64,000 nt of DNA from Fidelibacterota bacterium. Its GTDB lineage: Bacteria; Fidelibacterota; Marinisomatia; Marinisomatales; Marinisomataceae. The notes under the pieces were generated by a model that searched no databases, had not been told where the DNA came from, and was given only the letters and a program-made list of their open reading frames with translations. This document shows positions 32,822 to 43,548 of the stretch, in pieces (within the stretch, counting starts at the first letter, position 1; every line of letters begins with the position of its first letter). The position numbers and the translations under genes are program-made. Location of the stretch: positions 64,001-128,000 of the forward strand of contig OZ243041.1 of assembly GCA_965212055.1 (NCBI GenBank). Reading direction: 5' to 3'.

Positions 32822-33565
32822 TTGTCTGATACGGCCATCAAAATCATAAATTTTCATAAAAAATATGAAGATGAAATATATGCAGTTCAAGGAATTGATT
32901 TATCAATTAAAAAAGGAGAATTTTATGGTCTTCTTGGTCCAAATGGTGCCGGAAAATCTACTACTATTAATGCTATTACAAGCCTTGTGAAGCCTACAAA
33001 GGGGAATATTAGTGTTTTCAATAAGGATATAGTTTCTGATTTTAGATATACACGATCTAAAATTGGAATTTCTCCCCAAGAAATAAGCAATGATTGGTTT
33101 TTCCCAGTAGAACAACTTTTATATTTCCAAGCAGGTTTCTATGGCATAGAAAGAAACAATGCAAAAGAAAGAATAGAATATATCTTACATAAAGTTGGTC
33201 TATATAATCATAAAGATAAAAAAATGCGTCAATTATCAGGAGGAATGAAAAGACGCTTACAAATTGCAAGAGCTTTAGTACATGATCCTGAAATACTTAT
33301 TCTTGACGAACCTACAGCAGGTGTTGATGTAGCATTAAGACACGATCTTTGGGATTTTCTACAACAATTACATAAGGGAGGCAAGACAATTCTACTAACC
33401 ACTCATTATATTGATGAAGCAGAATTATTATGTGAAAGAGTTGGTATTATTAACAATGGTAAGCTTATAGCTGAAGATACAGTGCCAAATTTGAAATCAT
33501 CAATCGATAAATCAAAATTAGAAGATGTATTTTTAGAATTAACAGGGAGAACTCTTAATGATTAG
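32822..33565 (+). CDS. ABC transporter ATP-binding protein (YadG-like)
   Basis: GPNGAGKST, LSGGMKRR, LDEPTAGVD, TTHY; TTG start. Confidence 0.93.
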   Translation: MSDTAIKIINFHKKYEDEIYAVQGIDLSIKKGEFYGLLGPNGAGKSTTINAITSLVKPTKGNISVFNKDIVSDFRYTRSKIGISPQEISNDWFFPVEQLLYFQAGFYGIERNNAKERIEYILHKVGLYNHKDKKMRQLSGGMKRRLQIARALVHDPEILILDEPTAGVDVALRHDLWDFLQQLHKGGKTILLTTHYIDEAELLCERVGIINNGKLIAEDTVPNLKSSIDKSKLEDVFLELTGRTLND

Positions 33566-34322
33566 AAATTGGGTTGGATTTTATACTCTTTCATCAAGAG
33601 AAATCTTACGTTTTTTTACGGTCTGGAAACAAACAATTATTCCTGGTATTGTAACAACGCTATTATATATTTTTGTTTTTGGTGTAGCACTCCAAGATAG
33701 AATAACAGAAATAGACGGCATTCCATATAAAATGTATATATTGCCTGGTTTATTAATGATGAATGTTATAACAAATGCTGTTGCTAATACAGCTTCATCA
33801 ATGTTACAAATGAAATTACTTCAAACTCTTCCTGAGCTTTTAATTACTCCCCTTTCAAGCCTTGAATTATCAGTGTCATTTATTATTGGCGGAACGGTAC
33901 GTGGTTTTGTTAATGGTATTCTTATTCTTTTAATTTGTATCATGGCTGGCATGGAAATTAGAGATCCAATTTCTACTATCTTTATTATTTTTATTGTATC
34001 ATGGTCATTTTCCAGTCTTGGCTTATTTATTGGTCAAATGTCTGATTCTTGGGACCAATTAGCACTAATACAAAATTTTGTTCTTACACCACTAAGTTTT
34101 TTAGGTGGAATTTTTTATTCTGTAAATATGTTACCAGAATGGGGTTTAGCGATTAGTAAAGTCAATCCGGTATTTTATACTATTAATTCTTTAAGATATG
34201 CAACTTTGGGCGTTTCAGATGCACCATTTGTCAATTCTATGGTCTTTATTGTACTGTTTTCTTTGTTATTAACAACCCTTGCAGTAAAGACAATGGAAAG
34301 TGGAAAAAAAATAAGGTTTTAA
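33558..34322 (+). CDS. ABC-2 type permease (YadH-like)
   Basis: Multiple TM helices, ILPGL, PLSFLGGIFYS, NPVFY. Confidence 0.92.
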   Translation: MIRNWVGFYTLSSREILRFFTVWKQTIIPGIVTTLLYIFVFGVALQDRITEIDGIPYKMYILPGLLMMNVITNAVANTASSMLQMKLLQTLPELLITPLSSLELSVSFIIGGTVRGFVNGILILLICIMAGMEIRDPISTIFIIFIVSWSFSSLGLFIGQMSDSWDQLALIQNFVLTPLSFLGGIFYSVNMLPEWGLAISKVNPVFYTINSLRYATLGVSDAPFVNSMVFIVLFSLLLTTLAVKTMESGKKIRF

Positions 34323-34350
34323 TTTTGAATTATATGATATAAAATCAAGC

Positions 34351-35454
34351 ATGCAAAAACATAGAAAGGCCATCCTTTATCTTGAGGATGGCCTTTTTTT
34401 TACCGGAAAAAGTCTCGGATCTTTAGGAGAAACTTCTGGAGAAGTTTGTTTCAATACTGGAATGACAGGTTATCAAGAAATCTTAACTGATCCATCCTAT
34501 GCAAAACAAATGATAGCAATGTGTTCCCCACACATTGGAAATTATGGTTCTAATGATTCTGATATTGAATCGTCCAAAGTGTATGCAACAGGATTTATAA
34601 TAAAGAGCGAATCTATTGTTTCATCCAATTGGAGATCTACTGCAAGCCTAAAGGAATTTCTCAAAGCTCACAATGTTGTTGGTATTCAAGACATTGATAC
34701 AAGAGCCCTTACGATACATATTAGAGATAAAGGTGCAATGAATGGTATTATTTCAACAAGAGATTTTGATATTAAAAGTTTGCGTAAAAAAATGAAAAAA
34801 ATTCCTTCAATGGAAGGATTAGATTTAGCCAAAGAAGTTTCTAGAAAAAGAAAAACAATACTTTCTCCAAAGAATAAGGTGAAATATAAAATTGCAGCCA
34901 TTGATTATGGTATGAAATCTAATATTTATAATATCATGCTTGAATATGATGCAGAAATTTCCATATTTCCAGCTTCAGTTAGTTCTAAACAAATTCTAGA
35001 TTATAATCCAGACGGTATTTTTTTATCCAATGGACCAGGTGATCCTGCAGCAATTGATTATGGTATTAATACAGTTCAACAATTACTTGGTAAAAAACCA
35101 ATTTTTGGTATTTGCCTTGGACATCAAATTTTAGCATTAGCTTTAAATGCTCGTACGTTTAAAATGAAATTTGGTCATCGAGGCATTAATCAACCGGTTA
35201 AAAATTTAAAAAATGATAAAATTGAAATAACATCTCAAAATCATGGTTTTGCTGTTGATGAAAAATCATTACCATCCAGTGCTGTTATTACTCATACACA
35301 CCTTAATGATAATACTGTTGCTGGTATAGAATGTAAATCTTTACAAGCATATTCCGTACAGTATCATCCTGAATCAAGTCCTGGTCCCCATGATTCGAGA
35401 TATATATTTAAACAATTTTTTCAAATGATGGATAAAAATGCCAAAAAGAAGTGA
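34351..35454 (+). CDS. carA: Carbamoyl-phosphate synthase small subunit
   Basis: [35 protein letters not shown]. Confidence 0.98.
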   Translation: MQKHRKAILYLEDGLFFTGKSLGSLGETSGEVCFNTGMTGYQEILTDPSYAKQMIAMCSPHIGNYGSNDSDIESSKVYATGFIIKSESIVSSNWRSTASLKEFLKAHNVVGIQDIDTRALTIHIRDKGAMNGIISTRDFDIKSLRKKMKKIPSMEGLDLAKEVSRKRKTILSPKNKVKYKIAAIDYGMKSNIYNIMLEYDAEISIFPASVSSKQILDYNPDGIFLSNGPGDPAAIDYGINTVQQLLGKKPIFGICLGHQILALALNARTFKMKFGHRGINQPVKNLKNDKIEITSQNHGFAVDEKSLPSSAVITHTHLNDNTVAGIECKSLQAYSVQYHPESSPGPHDSRYIFKQFFQMMDKNAKKK

Positions 35455-38400
35455 TATTAAAAAAATATTAGTTATTGGTGCAGGTCCAATTATTATTGGT
35501 CAAGCTTGTGAGTTTGATTATTCTGGCACCCAAGCCATTAAGGCTTTAAAAGAAGAAGGCTATAAAGTTATTTTAATTAATTCTAATCCTGCAACCATTA
35601 TGACTGATCCACAATTTTCTGATAAAACATATATTGAACCAATTACCAAAGAATATGTTGAAGCTATTATTAAAAAAGAAAAACCACATGCAATATTGCC
35701 TACAGTTGGAGGACAAACTGCTCTCAATATTGCTATAGAACTATATGATAATGGAATATTAAAGAAATATAATGTTGAATTGATTGGAGCTAATAAGCGT
35801 GCAATTGAAACTGCTGAAAACAGAGAAAAATTCAAAAAAGCTATGACTGATATTGGTTTAGAAGTGCCTTATGGTTATACAATTCAATCGGTTGAAGAAG
35901 GAATAGATCTTTTAAATGATCTTTCTCTTCCTGCAATCATTCGACCTTCTTTTACCCTGGGAGGTTCGGGGGGTTCTGTTGCATTTAATGAAGAAGAATT
36001 CCAAATCGCTGTTACTCAAGGGATCAAAGAAAGTCCAGTTAACCAAGTCTTGATAGAGGAATATCTTTTTGGTTGGAAAGAATATGAACTAGAAGTTATT
36101 AGAGACCTCAATGATAATGTAATTATTATTTGTTCTATTGAGAACATTGATCCAATGGGAATTCATACTGGAGATTCAGTAACAGTTGCTCCTGCGATGA
36201 CATTAAGTGATAAAGAATTCCAAAAAATGCGTAATTGGGCAATCAAATGTATAAGAAAAATTGGAGTTGATACAGGAGGATCTAATGTTCAGTTTGCTAT
36301 TGAGCCTAAAACCGGTAGAATGGTAATTATAGAAATGAATCCTAGAGTAAGTCGTTCTTCCGCATTAGCATCCAAAGCCACAGGATTTCCAATAGCAAAA
36401 ATTGCTGCAAAATTAGCAATAGGGTATTCACTTGATGAATTAAAAAATGATATTACGAACAGAACACTAGCTGCGTTTGAACCAACCATCGATTATATTG
36501 TAACCAAAATTCCACGATTTGATTTTGAAAAATTTCCATCTGCTTCAGGTAAATTAGGTGTTCAAATGCAATCAGTTGGTGAAGTCATGTCAATTGGTAG
36601 GACATTTAGAGAGTCATTTCAAAAAGCATTTCGTTCTTTAGAATTAAATCTACCAGGACTGTCACCAAAAGATCCAAGAGATAATGATCCTGAGATTAAA
36701 CGCTTTCGATCTCTGGATATTGAATCCCTTAATGATGGAAGTTCTTTTAGAATGTTAAAAATTAAGCAAGCATTAATCCAAGGATTTAGTATTGATGAGA
36801 TTTATCAAAATACAGGGATTGATCCATGGTTTTTACATGAAATTGCGGAAATTGTAAAGATTGAACAGTCCTATACTTCTATTAAAGATTTAAAAACCTT
36901 AAAAAAGAATGGATTTTCAGATAAACAAATTGCTCATATAACAAAGCGCCCTCTTCTTGATATACAAAATGCGAGAAAAAGAAAAAATATAAATCCTGTA
37001 TATAAAGTAGTAGATACATGTGCTGGTGAGTTTGTAGCAGAAACTCCTTATTGCTATTCAACCTATGAAGAAACACATGATATTGAACCACTTACAGGTA
37101 AAAAAGTAATGATTTTAGGAGGAGGACCAAATCGTATTGGGCAAGGAATTGAATTTGATTATTGTTGCGTACAAGCTGTATATGGTTTAAGGGAAGCTGG
37201 CTATAAATCTATTATGGTTAATTGTAATCCAGAAACAGTTTCTACCGATTTTGACTTAGCTGATAGGCTTTATTTTGAACCAATCACGTTTGAAGATGTA
37301 ATGAATATTATTGATTTTGAAAAACCAGATGGAGTCTTAGTACAATTTGGAGGACAAACACCTTTAAAAATTGCTAATAAACTAAAAGAAGCAGGAGTAA
37401 AGATTTTTGGGACTTCTTCTGATAGCATCAATTTAGCTGAAGATAGAGAAGCATTTACCGATTTGGTTAATAAATTAAAAATAACCATTCCTAACTATTA
37501 TATTGCAAAAAATTATGATGAAATAGTAGCATACTCAGAAAAAGCAGAATTTCCTGTTTTGGTTCGCCCAAGCTATGTTCTAGGAGGACGAGCAATGCAA
37601 ATTGTTTATTCAAAAAAAGAACTTGTTGATTATGTATTTAGATCTGCAGAAGCAACAAGTGATCACCCAATTTTAATTGATCAATTCATTGAAAATGCAT
37701 TTGAATTTGATGTGGATGCGCTTTGTGATGGCAAGAATGTATTTATTGCTGGTATTATGCAACATATTGAACAGGCAGGTATTCACTCTGGAGACTCTTC
37801 TTGTGTATTGCCTGCACACAAAATTAGTAATAAAGTCAAAAAAGAAATCATAGATGTGACTACTAAGCTCGCTAAAGCTTTAAATGTAGTTGGTCTAATT
37901 AATTTGCAGTTTGCTGTTAAAGATGAAACAGTCTATGTATTAGAAGTGAATCCTCGATCTAGTAGGACTGTGCCTTTTGTAAGCAAATATGGTAATATTC
38001 CATTGGCCAATATTGCAGCACAATTATCTGTTGGGAAAAAATTAAAAGACTTTGGATTAAAAAATATAAGACACAAACATATTGCAGTCAAAAAAGCGGT
38101 ACTTCCATTTAAAAAATTCAAAGATGAAAAAGTTTTTTTAGGCCCAGAAATGAAATCTACTGGAGAAGTGATGGGAATTAATGATAAAGTTGGAGTTGCA
38201 TTTTTAAAAGCAATGCAGTCTGATGGATATACAGTCCCTAAAAAAGGAACTGCTTTTATTTCTGTTAATAAGGCTGATAGAAGAGAAGCATTATATGCTG
38301 CCAGAGATTTAATTAAGATTGGATTTGATATTATTGCAACAGAAGGAACTGCAAAATATTTGTCTAGAAATGGTGTTCTTTGCGAACAAATTTTCAAAGT

Positions 38401-38632
38401 TGGTGAAGGTAGGCCAAATGTTGTTGATGAAATATTAAATGATAAAATTCAATTTGTAATTAATACACCGATGGGAGCTTCAGCACGATATGATGAAGAA
38501 GCAATAGGGAAAACATCTGTTATGAAAAATATTTTAACTATCACAACGATGTCAGGAGCTAGAGCTGCAATAGAGGCAATGTCTCTTAGTGAAAAAATTA
38601 AAGTCAAAGCATTACAAGAGTATTTTAAATAA
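35438..38632 (+). CDS. carB: Carbamoyl-phosphate synthase large subunit
   Basis: [26 protein letters not shown], duplicated ATP-grasp halves, MGS domain. Confidence 0.98.
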   Translation: MPKRSDIKKILVIGAGPIIIGQACEFDYSGTQAIKALKEEGYKVILINSNPATIMTDPQFSDKTYIEPITKEYVEAIIKKEKPHAILPTVGGQTALNIAIELYDNGILKKYNVELIGANKRAIETAENREKFKKAMTDIGLEVPYGYTIQSVEEGIDLLNDLSLPAIIRPSFTLGGSGGSVAFNEEEFQIAVTQGIKESPVNQVLIEEYLFGWKEYELEVIRDLNDNVIIICSIENIDPMGIHTGDSVTVAPAMTLSDKEFQKMRNWAIKCIRKIGVDTGGSNVQFAIEPKTGRMVIIEMNPRVSRSSALASKATGFPIAKIAAKLAIGYSLDELKNDITNRTLAAFEPTIDYIVTKIPRFDFEKFPSASGKLGVQMQSVGEVMSIGRTFRESFQKAFRSLELNLPGLSPKDPRDNDPEIKRFRSLDIESLNDGSSFRMLKIKQALIQGFSIDEIYQNTGIDPWFLHEIAEIVKIEQSYTSIKDLKTLKKNGFSDKQIAHITKRPLLDIQNARKRKNINPVYKVVDTCAGEFVAETPYCYSTYEETHDIEPLTGKKVMILGGGPNRIGQGIEFDYCCVQAVYGLREAGYKSIMVNCNPETVSTDFDLADRLYFEPITFEDVMNIIDFEKPDGVLVQFGGQTPLKIANKLKEAGVKIFGTSSDSINLAEDREAFTDLVNKLKITIPNYYIAKNYDEIVAYSEKAEFPVLVRPSYVLGGRAMQIVYSKKELVDYVFRSAEATSDHPILIDQFIENAFEFDVDALCDGKNVFIAGIMQHIEQAGIHSGDSSCVLPAHKISNKVKKEIIDVTTKLAKALNVVGLINLQFAVKDETVYVLEVNPRSSRTVPFVSKYGNIPLANIAAQLSVGKKLKDFGLKNIRHKHIAVKKAVLPFKKFKDEKVFLGPEMKSTGEVMGINDKVGVAFLKAMQSDGYTVPKKGTAFISVNKADRREALYAARDLIKIGFDIIATEGTAKYLSRNGVLCEQIFKVGEGRPNVVDEILNDKIQFVINTPMGASARYDEEAIGKTSVMKNILTITTMSGARAAIEAMSLSEKIKVKALQEYFK

Positions 38633-38635
38633 TAA

Positions 38636-41461
38636 TTATTTATAATCTTTTATATCTGGGCAAACACAGAAAAAATTTCGATCTCCATAAGCATTATCAA
38701 TACGTGATACATATGGCCAAAATTTATTTTCTTTAATCCATGTTTTAGGAAAAATTGCTTGTTCTCTAGAATAAGGATGATCCCATTCACTGCAAATTTC
38801 TCCAACTGTATGTGGCGCATTAATTAATACATTATTTTCTTTGGATACTTTCCCGCTAACAATCTCATCGATTTCTTGTTTGATTCCTATCATTGTATCA
38901 CAAAAACGATCTAATTCTTCTTTAGATTCACTTTCAGTCGGTTCCACCATTAATGTTCCTGGGATTGGCCAAGACATTGTTGGAGCATGATAGCCATAAT
39001 CAATAAGTCGTTTTGCAATATCTTCATTGGTAATATTTGCACTATTTTTGAATTCTCTACAATCAATAATGAATTCATGTGCATTTAATCCGCTAATTCC
39101 GCGATAAAGTATGGTATAATCTTTTTCTAAACGTTTTGCCATATAATTAGCGTTTAGAATCGCAACTTGAGATGCATGTAATAATCCTTTACTGCCCATA
39201 AGTTTCATATAAATGTATGATATGAGTAAAATACTTGCACTACCATATGGAGAAGAAGAAACAGCATAAGTATGATTTTTATCTGTATTTCTATGCGTTG
39301 GAAGAAATGGTTTTAATTTTTCATTGACACAAATTGGTCCCATACCAGGGCCTCCACCTCCATGAGGAATACAAAATGTTTTGTGAAGATTGATATGCAT
39401 TACATCAGCACCAAAATGTCCTGGTTTACAAATTCCAACCATTGCATTCAAGTTGGCTCCATCCATATACACTAATCCACCATTTTTATGAATGATATCA
39501 CATATTTCATCAACATTATGTTCAAATACTCCATGTGTAGATGGATAAGTAATCATTAGTGAAGATAAGTTTTTTCCTGCTTTTTCTGCTTTTGATTTCA
39601 GATCATCATAATCGATATTTCCATGACGATCACATTTAACAATTACTACTTTTAAACCAGCCATAATTGCACTTGCTGGGTTTGTGCCATGTGCAGATTC
39701 AGGTATTAAACAAATATCTCGTTTAGATTTTTTAGATTTATGATATTCTTGTATTGAAAGTAATCCAGCATATTCTCCTTGTGCACCAGAATTAGGTTGA
39801 AATGATACAGCATTAAACCCTGTAACTTTTGATAGCATCTCTTCTAATTCATTAATAACTAATTGATATCCTTTTGTTTGTTCAGCAGGAGTAAAAGGGT
39901 GTATGATATTAAATTCTGGCCAACTAATTGGAATCATCTCAACAGTTGCATTTAATTTCATAGTACATGATCCTAATGGAATCATACTATGATTAAGCGA
40001 CAAATCTCTTTTTTCAAGTTTGCTCATATAGCGAAGCATTTCTGTTTCAGAATGAATACTATTAAAGATTGGGTGAGTTAAAAAAGCGCCCCCTCTAGTC
40101 GGTGCAGAGCTCAGTTTTTCTTTGTTTGGTGCATTAGAATTTGTTTTAAACAAATTACCAAGCTTGAGAACTTCTTCCTTTGTGGTTTTTTCATCTAGAG
40201 AAATTCCAATACAACCATTTTCATGATACATTAGATTAAAATTGTTTAACAATGCTTCTTTTTTCAATGAATCTATTTCTAGGTTCTTTAATTCAACTGT
40301 AATTGTATCAAAATAATTTTTTTTGTGATTAACAAGTCTATGACCATTCTTCAAAATCAATTCTGATAAATCTTTTGTATGATTATGAATAGTTGTTGCA
40401 ATGCGTTTTAAATTTTTTGGCCCATGAAATACTGCATACATTCCGGAAATAATGGCTAATAAAACTTGTGCTGTACAAATATTAGAAGTTGCTTTTTCTC
40501 TTCTTATATGTTGTTCTCTTGTTTGAAGAGTTAATCGATAAGCTTGATTACCATGTCTATCTTTTGATACGCCAACAATTCTGCCTGGAATATCTCGTTT
40601 GAATTCATCACATGTTGCAATAAATGCTGCATGAGGTCCACCAAAACCAAGCGGAACACCAAATCTTTGACTATTTCCTACTGCTATATCTGCTCCAAAA
40701 GATCCTGGAGCTTCAAATAATTGTAAACACATTAAATCGGTTGCAAAAATTACCTTACAATTTGCTTTATGAGCTTTATCAACAATCTCTTTATATATTT
40801 TTGAGCCATCAATTGATCCAAAACGATTCGGATATTGTATAATACAACCAAAGGCATTCTCAAAATTCATTTTTTCATATTTACAGATTTCAACTTCAAT
40901 GCCTAGAGGCTCTGCTCTTGCAATAATAACATCAATTGTTTGTTGAAAACAATCTTGATCCACCAAAAATTTCTTTGCATTGTCTTTATTTTTCCTATAT
41001 AACATTAACATAGCTTCGCTTGCCGCAGTCCCCTCATCTAAAAGCGATGCATTTGCAATTGGTAAATCACAAATTTCTGAAATCATCGTTTGATAATTCA
41101 GTAACGCTTCTAATCTCCCTTGTGAAATTTCTGCCTGGTAAGGGGTATATTGAGTATACCATCCTGGATTTTCTAATATATTTCTTAAAATGACATTTGG
41201 AGTAATAGTATCATAATATCCTTGTCCAATTAATGATCGATAAAGTTTATTTTTTTTACCGATGGTTTTCATATAATCTAAAATTTCATTTTCAGAAAAT
41301 GATTCATTTCCAATTGATTCTTCATCGATTTCTAAGATATTTTTTGGTACAATTTTTTCTGTTAAGCTATTAAGCGATTGTTCTCCTAAAGCGTTAAGCA
41401 TTTCTTGAATACTTTCTTCTTTAGGGCCGATATGTTTATTGTGAAATTCCGACATTTTCAT
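38636..41461 (-). CDS. gcvP: Glycine dehydrogenase (decarboxylating), single-chain P protein
   Basis: YTPYQAEISQGRLE, TREQHIRREKATSNICTAQ, PLGSCTMK, NLHKTFCIPHGGGGPG. Confidence 0.98.
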   Translation of the reverse strand: MKMSEFHNKHIGPKEESIQEMLNALGEQSLNSLTEKIVPKNILEIDEESIGNESFSENEILDYMKTIGKKNKLYRSLIGQGYYDTITPNVILRNILENPGWYTQYTPYQAEISQGRLEALLNYQTMISEICDLPIANASLLDEGTAASEAMLMLYRKNKDNAKKFLVDQDCFQQTIDVIIARAEPLGIEVEICKYEKMNFENAFGCIIQYPNRFGSIDGSKIYKEIVDKAHKANCKVIFATDLMCLQLFEAPGSFGADIAVGNSQRFGVPLGFGGPHAAFIATCDEFKRDIPGRIVGVSKDRHGNQAYRLTLQTREQHIRREKATSNICTAQVLLAIISGMYAVFHGPKNLKRIATTIHNHTKDLSELILKNGHRLVNHKKNYFDTITVELKNLEIDSLKKEALLNNFNLMYHENGCIGISLDEKTTKEEVLKLGNLFKTNSNAPNKEKLSSAPTRGGAFLTHPIFNSIHSETEMLRYMSKLEKRDLSLNHSMIPLGSCTMKLNATVEMIPISWPEFNIIHPFTPAEQTKGYQLVINELEEMLSKVTGFNAVSFQPNSGAQGEYAGLLSIQEYHKSKKSKRDICLIPESAHGTNPASAIMAGLKVVIVKCDRHGNIDYDDLKSKAEKAGKNLSSLMITYPSTHGVFEHNVDEICDIIHKNGGLVYMDGANLNAMVGICKPGHFGADVMHINLHKTFCIPHGGGGPGMGPICVNEKLKPFLPTHRNTDKNHTYAVSSSPYGSASILLISYIYMKLMGSKGLLHASQVAILNANYMAKRLEKDYTILYRGISGLNAHEFIIDCREFKNSANITNEDIAKRLIDYGYHAPTMSWPIPGTLMVEPTESESKEELDRFCDTMIGIKQEIDEIVSGKVSKENNVLINAPHTVGEICSEWDHPYSREQAIFPKTWIKENKFWPYVSRIDNAYGDRNFFCVCPDIKDYK

Positions 41462-41486
41462 GAATTCTACTCTCTATTGGGCGTAG

Positions 41487-41558
41487 TACCCCCGGAAGGA
41501 CTCGAACCTACAACCAAGGGCTTAAAAGGCCCCTGCTCTACCATTGAGCTACGGAGGC
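41487..41558 (-). tRNA. tRNA-Lys (UUU), CCA not encoded
   Basis: Reverse complement GCCTCCG-TA-GCTC-AATGGTA-GAGC-A-GGGGC-CTTTTAA-GCCCT-TGGTT-GTAGG-TTCGAGT-CCTTC-CGGGGGT-A folds as a cloverleaf; anticodon TTT. Confidence 0.93.
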
Positions 41559-41640
41559 AAAAGTAGATGAATTTAAGGTTATGAATTGTTATTTGGTAAT
41601 GGAAAAAACATAATTTTTTATAAAAAAATTAAATTAATTA

Positions 41641-41670
41641 TTGCCAAATTGTATAAAAAACTATTACCTT
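41641..41670 (+). promoter_or_regulatory. Putative promoter upstream of candidate sRNA and tmRNA
   Basis: TTGCCA (41641-41646), 18 bp, TACCTT(G) (41665-41670). Confidence 0.5.
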
Positions 41671-41676
41671 GCGTAT

Positions 41677-41749
41677 AGTCTTTTTAAGATTATTGTAAAC
41701 AAATACAAGCAATCGAAAGGTTCCGCGGTTGGCGCTCGGAGCCTTTTTT
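41677..41749 (+). ncRNA. Candidate small RNA of unknown family
   Basis: No ORF between the putative promoter and a strong intrinsic terminator, and no other plus-strand gene upstream for that terminator to serve. Ends are estimates. Confidence 0.4.
41716..41749 (+). terminator. Intrinsic terminator hairpin
   Basis: AAAGGTTCC-GCG-GTTGG-CGC-TC-GGAGCC-TTTTTT. Confidence 0.75.
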
Positions 41750-41790
41750 GTTTCCAAAAAAAACATTATCTTTAAAGATATTTGACAATT

Positions 41791-42135
41791 GGGGGCGACC
41801 GGTTTCGACATTTTAGAAAGAAACTTTAAATCGCATGTAGAGCTTAGTAACTCTTTAAACTTCTAAACTGTATTAAGTGCCGATTATGGCCAAATGGCTG
41901 TAGCTTAATTGCATGCAGTCCATCATCAGTAGGCGTTTCTCATCCGTAGCTGAATGGTGTCATAAAAATGAGATAGCATGTTAATTTTCTTCGATTTAAC
42001 AAGCAAAATTCAGAAGATAGTTTTATACATGATTGTTCTTGAACATGTATAAAATGAAAACTAATCAAGCAACTAAACATGTAGAAGTTTAATTTTTCTC
42101 TACCATGGACGGGAGTTCGAATCTCCCCGCCTCCA
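41791..42135 (+). ncRNA. ssrA: tmRNA
   Basis: 5' GGGGGCG-ACCGGTTTCGAC; 3' T-arm GGGAG-TTCGAAT-CTCCC and CGCCTCC-A giving the G3-U alanine determinant; tag frame 41879-41908 reads ADYGQMAVA*; CCA not encoded. Confidence 0.95.
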
Positions 42136-42145
42136 CAAATAAATT

Positions 42146-43546
42146 ATGATTAGGTATATTTTTATAATACTATTTACTTTTTTTCTTTCATCATGTGATT
42201 TTGACACATCGTTGAAGATAGAATTAGAGAACAAGGAATCTTCTCATCAACCAATTCCTGGTCCTCGAGATTGTTTTTGGTCTCGTGGTCCAGTTAGCAA
42301 AGATCCCTATATCAACATTGCTTATCCTGATGCTAGCGTTTTTTATTGGAGTGCAACCTTTACTGTCCCTGAAGGTGCTAGACTGTATCTTGAAGGAACA
42401 TTTCCTCATTCTAGATATATGTCATTAATTAGTTATGATGGGCGAGGTGCACCAATAGAATCGTTGGCCGACTATCTCATTGTACCTGATGAAAATTCAA
42501 TAAATCCATTTGTAGAAGGCGCCAATAGAAATCATGAACAAAGATCTTATATTGTAGAAATTTTGAACCTACCTCCAGAAATAAGAAGAAAAGAAGGAGT
42601 CAAACTTGATCTTCAAACCGATATCAGAGGGGCAGATTCCCAAAAAGAAATTGTTCAAAGCAACTCATTAAATGCAACACAATATGGGAAAGGACAACAA
42701 TCAATTGTTTATCGAATTTATGTGCCTGATAAAGATCAAGATGAATTAGGAGGTGTATCTTTACCCGAATTTATTTTGGTATTACATAATGGACAAGAAT
42801 TAAGGGGGAAAGAAGCATGTAATGCATTACAAACTAATCAGCGGGCACAAATTACCACTGATGCAATAGGATTGCCTATGACCACATATTCAAAGCTTCT
42901 AAACCAACCTGGAAAACCAGATACGTGGCCAGCAACTGTACCACCAACTTGGTATCTTCAATATGATAGAGATTTTCTTTTGGGTATTTATACTGGTCAA
43001 CCACCAAAATCTCTTAGAAAAAGCACAGGTGGTTTTTACCCAAATCTTGATAATAATTATGTACGAACTATTATTAATCGTAAGCATGGTAAAGTATTTG
43101 TTCTGCAAGGGAAATTACCTACAACTCCCACAACTTATCATGGTGATGAATTGATGACCAAAGGCGATATGGTCTATTGGTCTATTTGTTCCAATCAGGG
43201 TTTTGCAAATACTCGCGTCAATGATTGTCTTTTCGATGAGCAAGTTCCTGTCAATCAAAATGGTGAATATATTATTGTCGTGAGTCGCAAAGAAGATCGT
43301 CCTCGAAATGCCTACCCTGAATGTGGAATTGGTTGGTTACCAATGGCTGATGATGGAGATGGCGCTATAGATGAAGATGCCACGGTTATCCAAATTAGAA
43401 ATATGTTGGCTTCTGCTGATTTTAAACATGCAATTCAAAATGTTGATGAGATTGGCAAAGAAAAAGAAATTATGGGACCTTATTTACCAACTTCTTTTTA
43501 CACCACCACAGGTGCGTTCGAAGTTTTATTGCCCTGTCTTAAATAA
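42146..43546 (+). CDS. Hypothetical lipoprotein
   Basis: 466 aa, lipobox LSSC; globular, Pro/Trp/Cys-containing; no function recognised. Confidence 0.8.
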   Translation: MIRYIFIILFTFFLSSCDFDTSLKIELENKESSHQPIPGPRDCFWSRGPVSKDPYINIAYPDASVFYWSATFTVPEGARLYLEGTFPHSRYMSLISYDGRGAPIESLADYLIVPDENSINPFVEGANRNHEQRSYIVEILNLPPEIRRKEGVKLDLQTDIRGADSQKEIVQSNSLNATQYGKGQQSIVYRIYVPDKDQDELGGVSLPEFILVLHNGQELRGKEACNALQTNQRAQITTDAIGLPMTTYSKLLNQPGKPDTWPATVPPTWYLQYDRDFLLGIYTGQPPKSLRKSTGGFYPNLDNNYVRTIINRKHGKVFVLQGKLPTTPTTYHGDELMTKGDMVYWSICSNQGFANTRVNDCLFDEQVPVNQNGEYIIVVSRKEDRPRNAYPECGIGWLPMADDGDGAIDEDATVIQIRNMLASADFKHAIQNVDEIGKEKEIMGPYLPTSFYTTTGAFEVLLPCLK

Positions 43547-43548
43547 GA

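Noticed and set aside
41462..41640. Glycine riboswitch upstream of gcvP
   Set aside because: The space is occupied by tRNA-Lys and AT-rich promoter DNA; no aptamer consensus is visible.
41677..41749. SRP RNA or 6S RNA
   Set aside because: Lacks the SRP helix-8 CAGG...GGAA...AGCA motif and is far shorter than 6S RNA.
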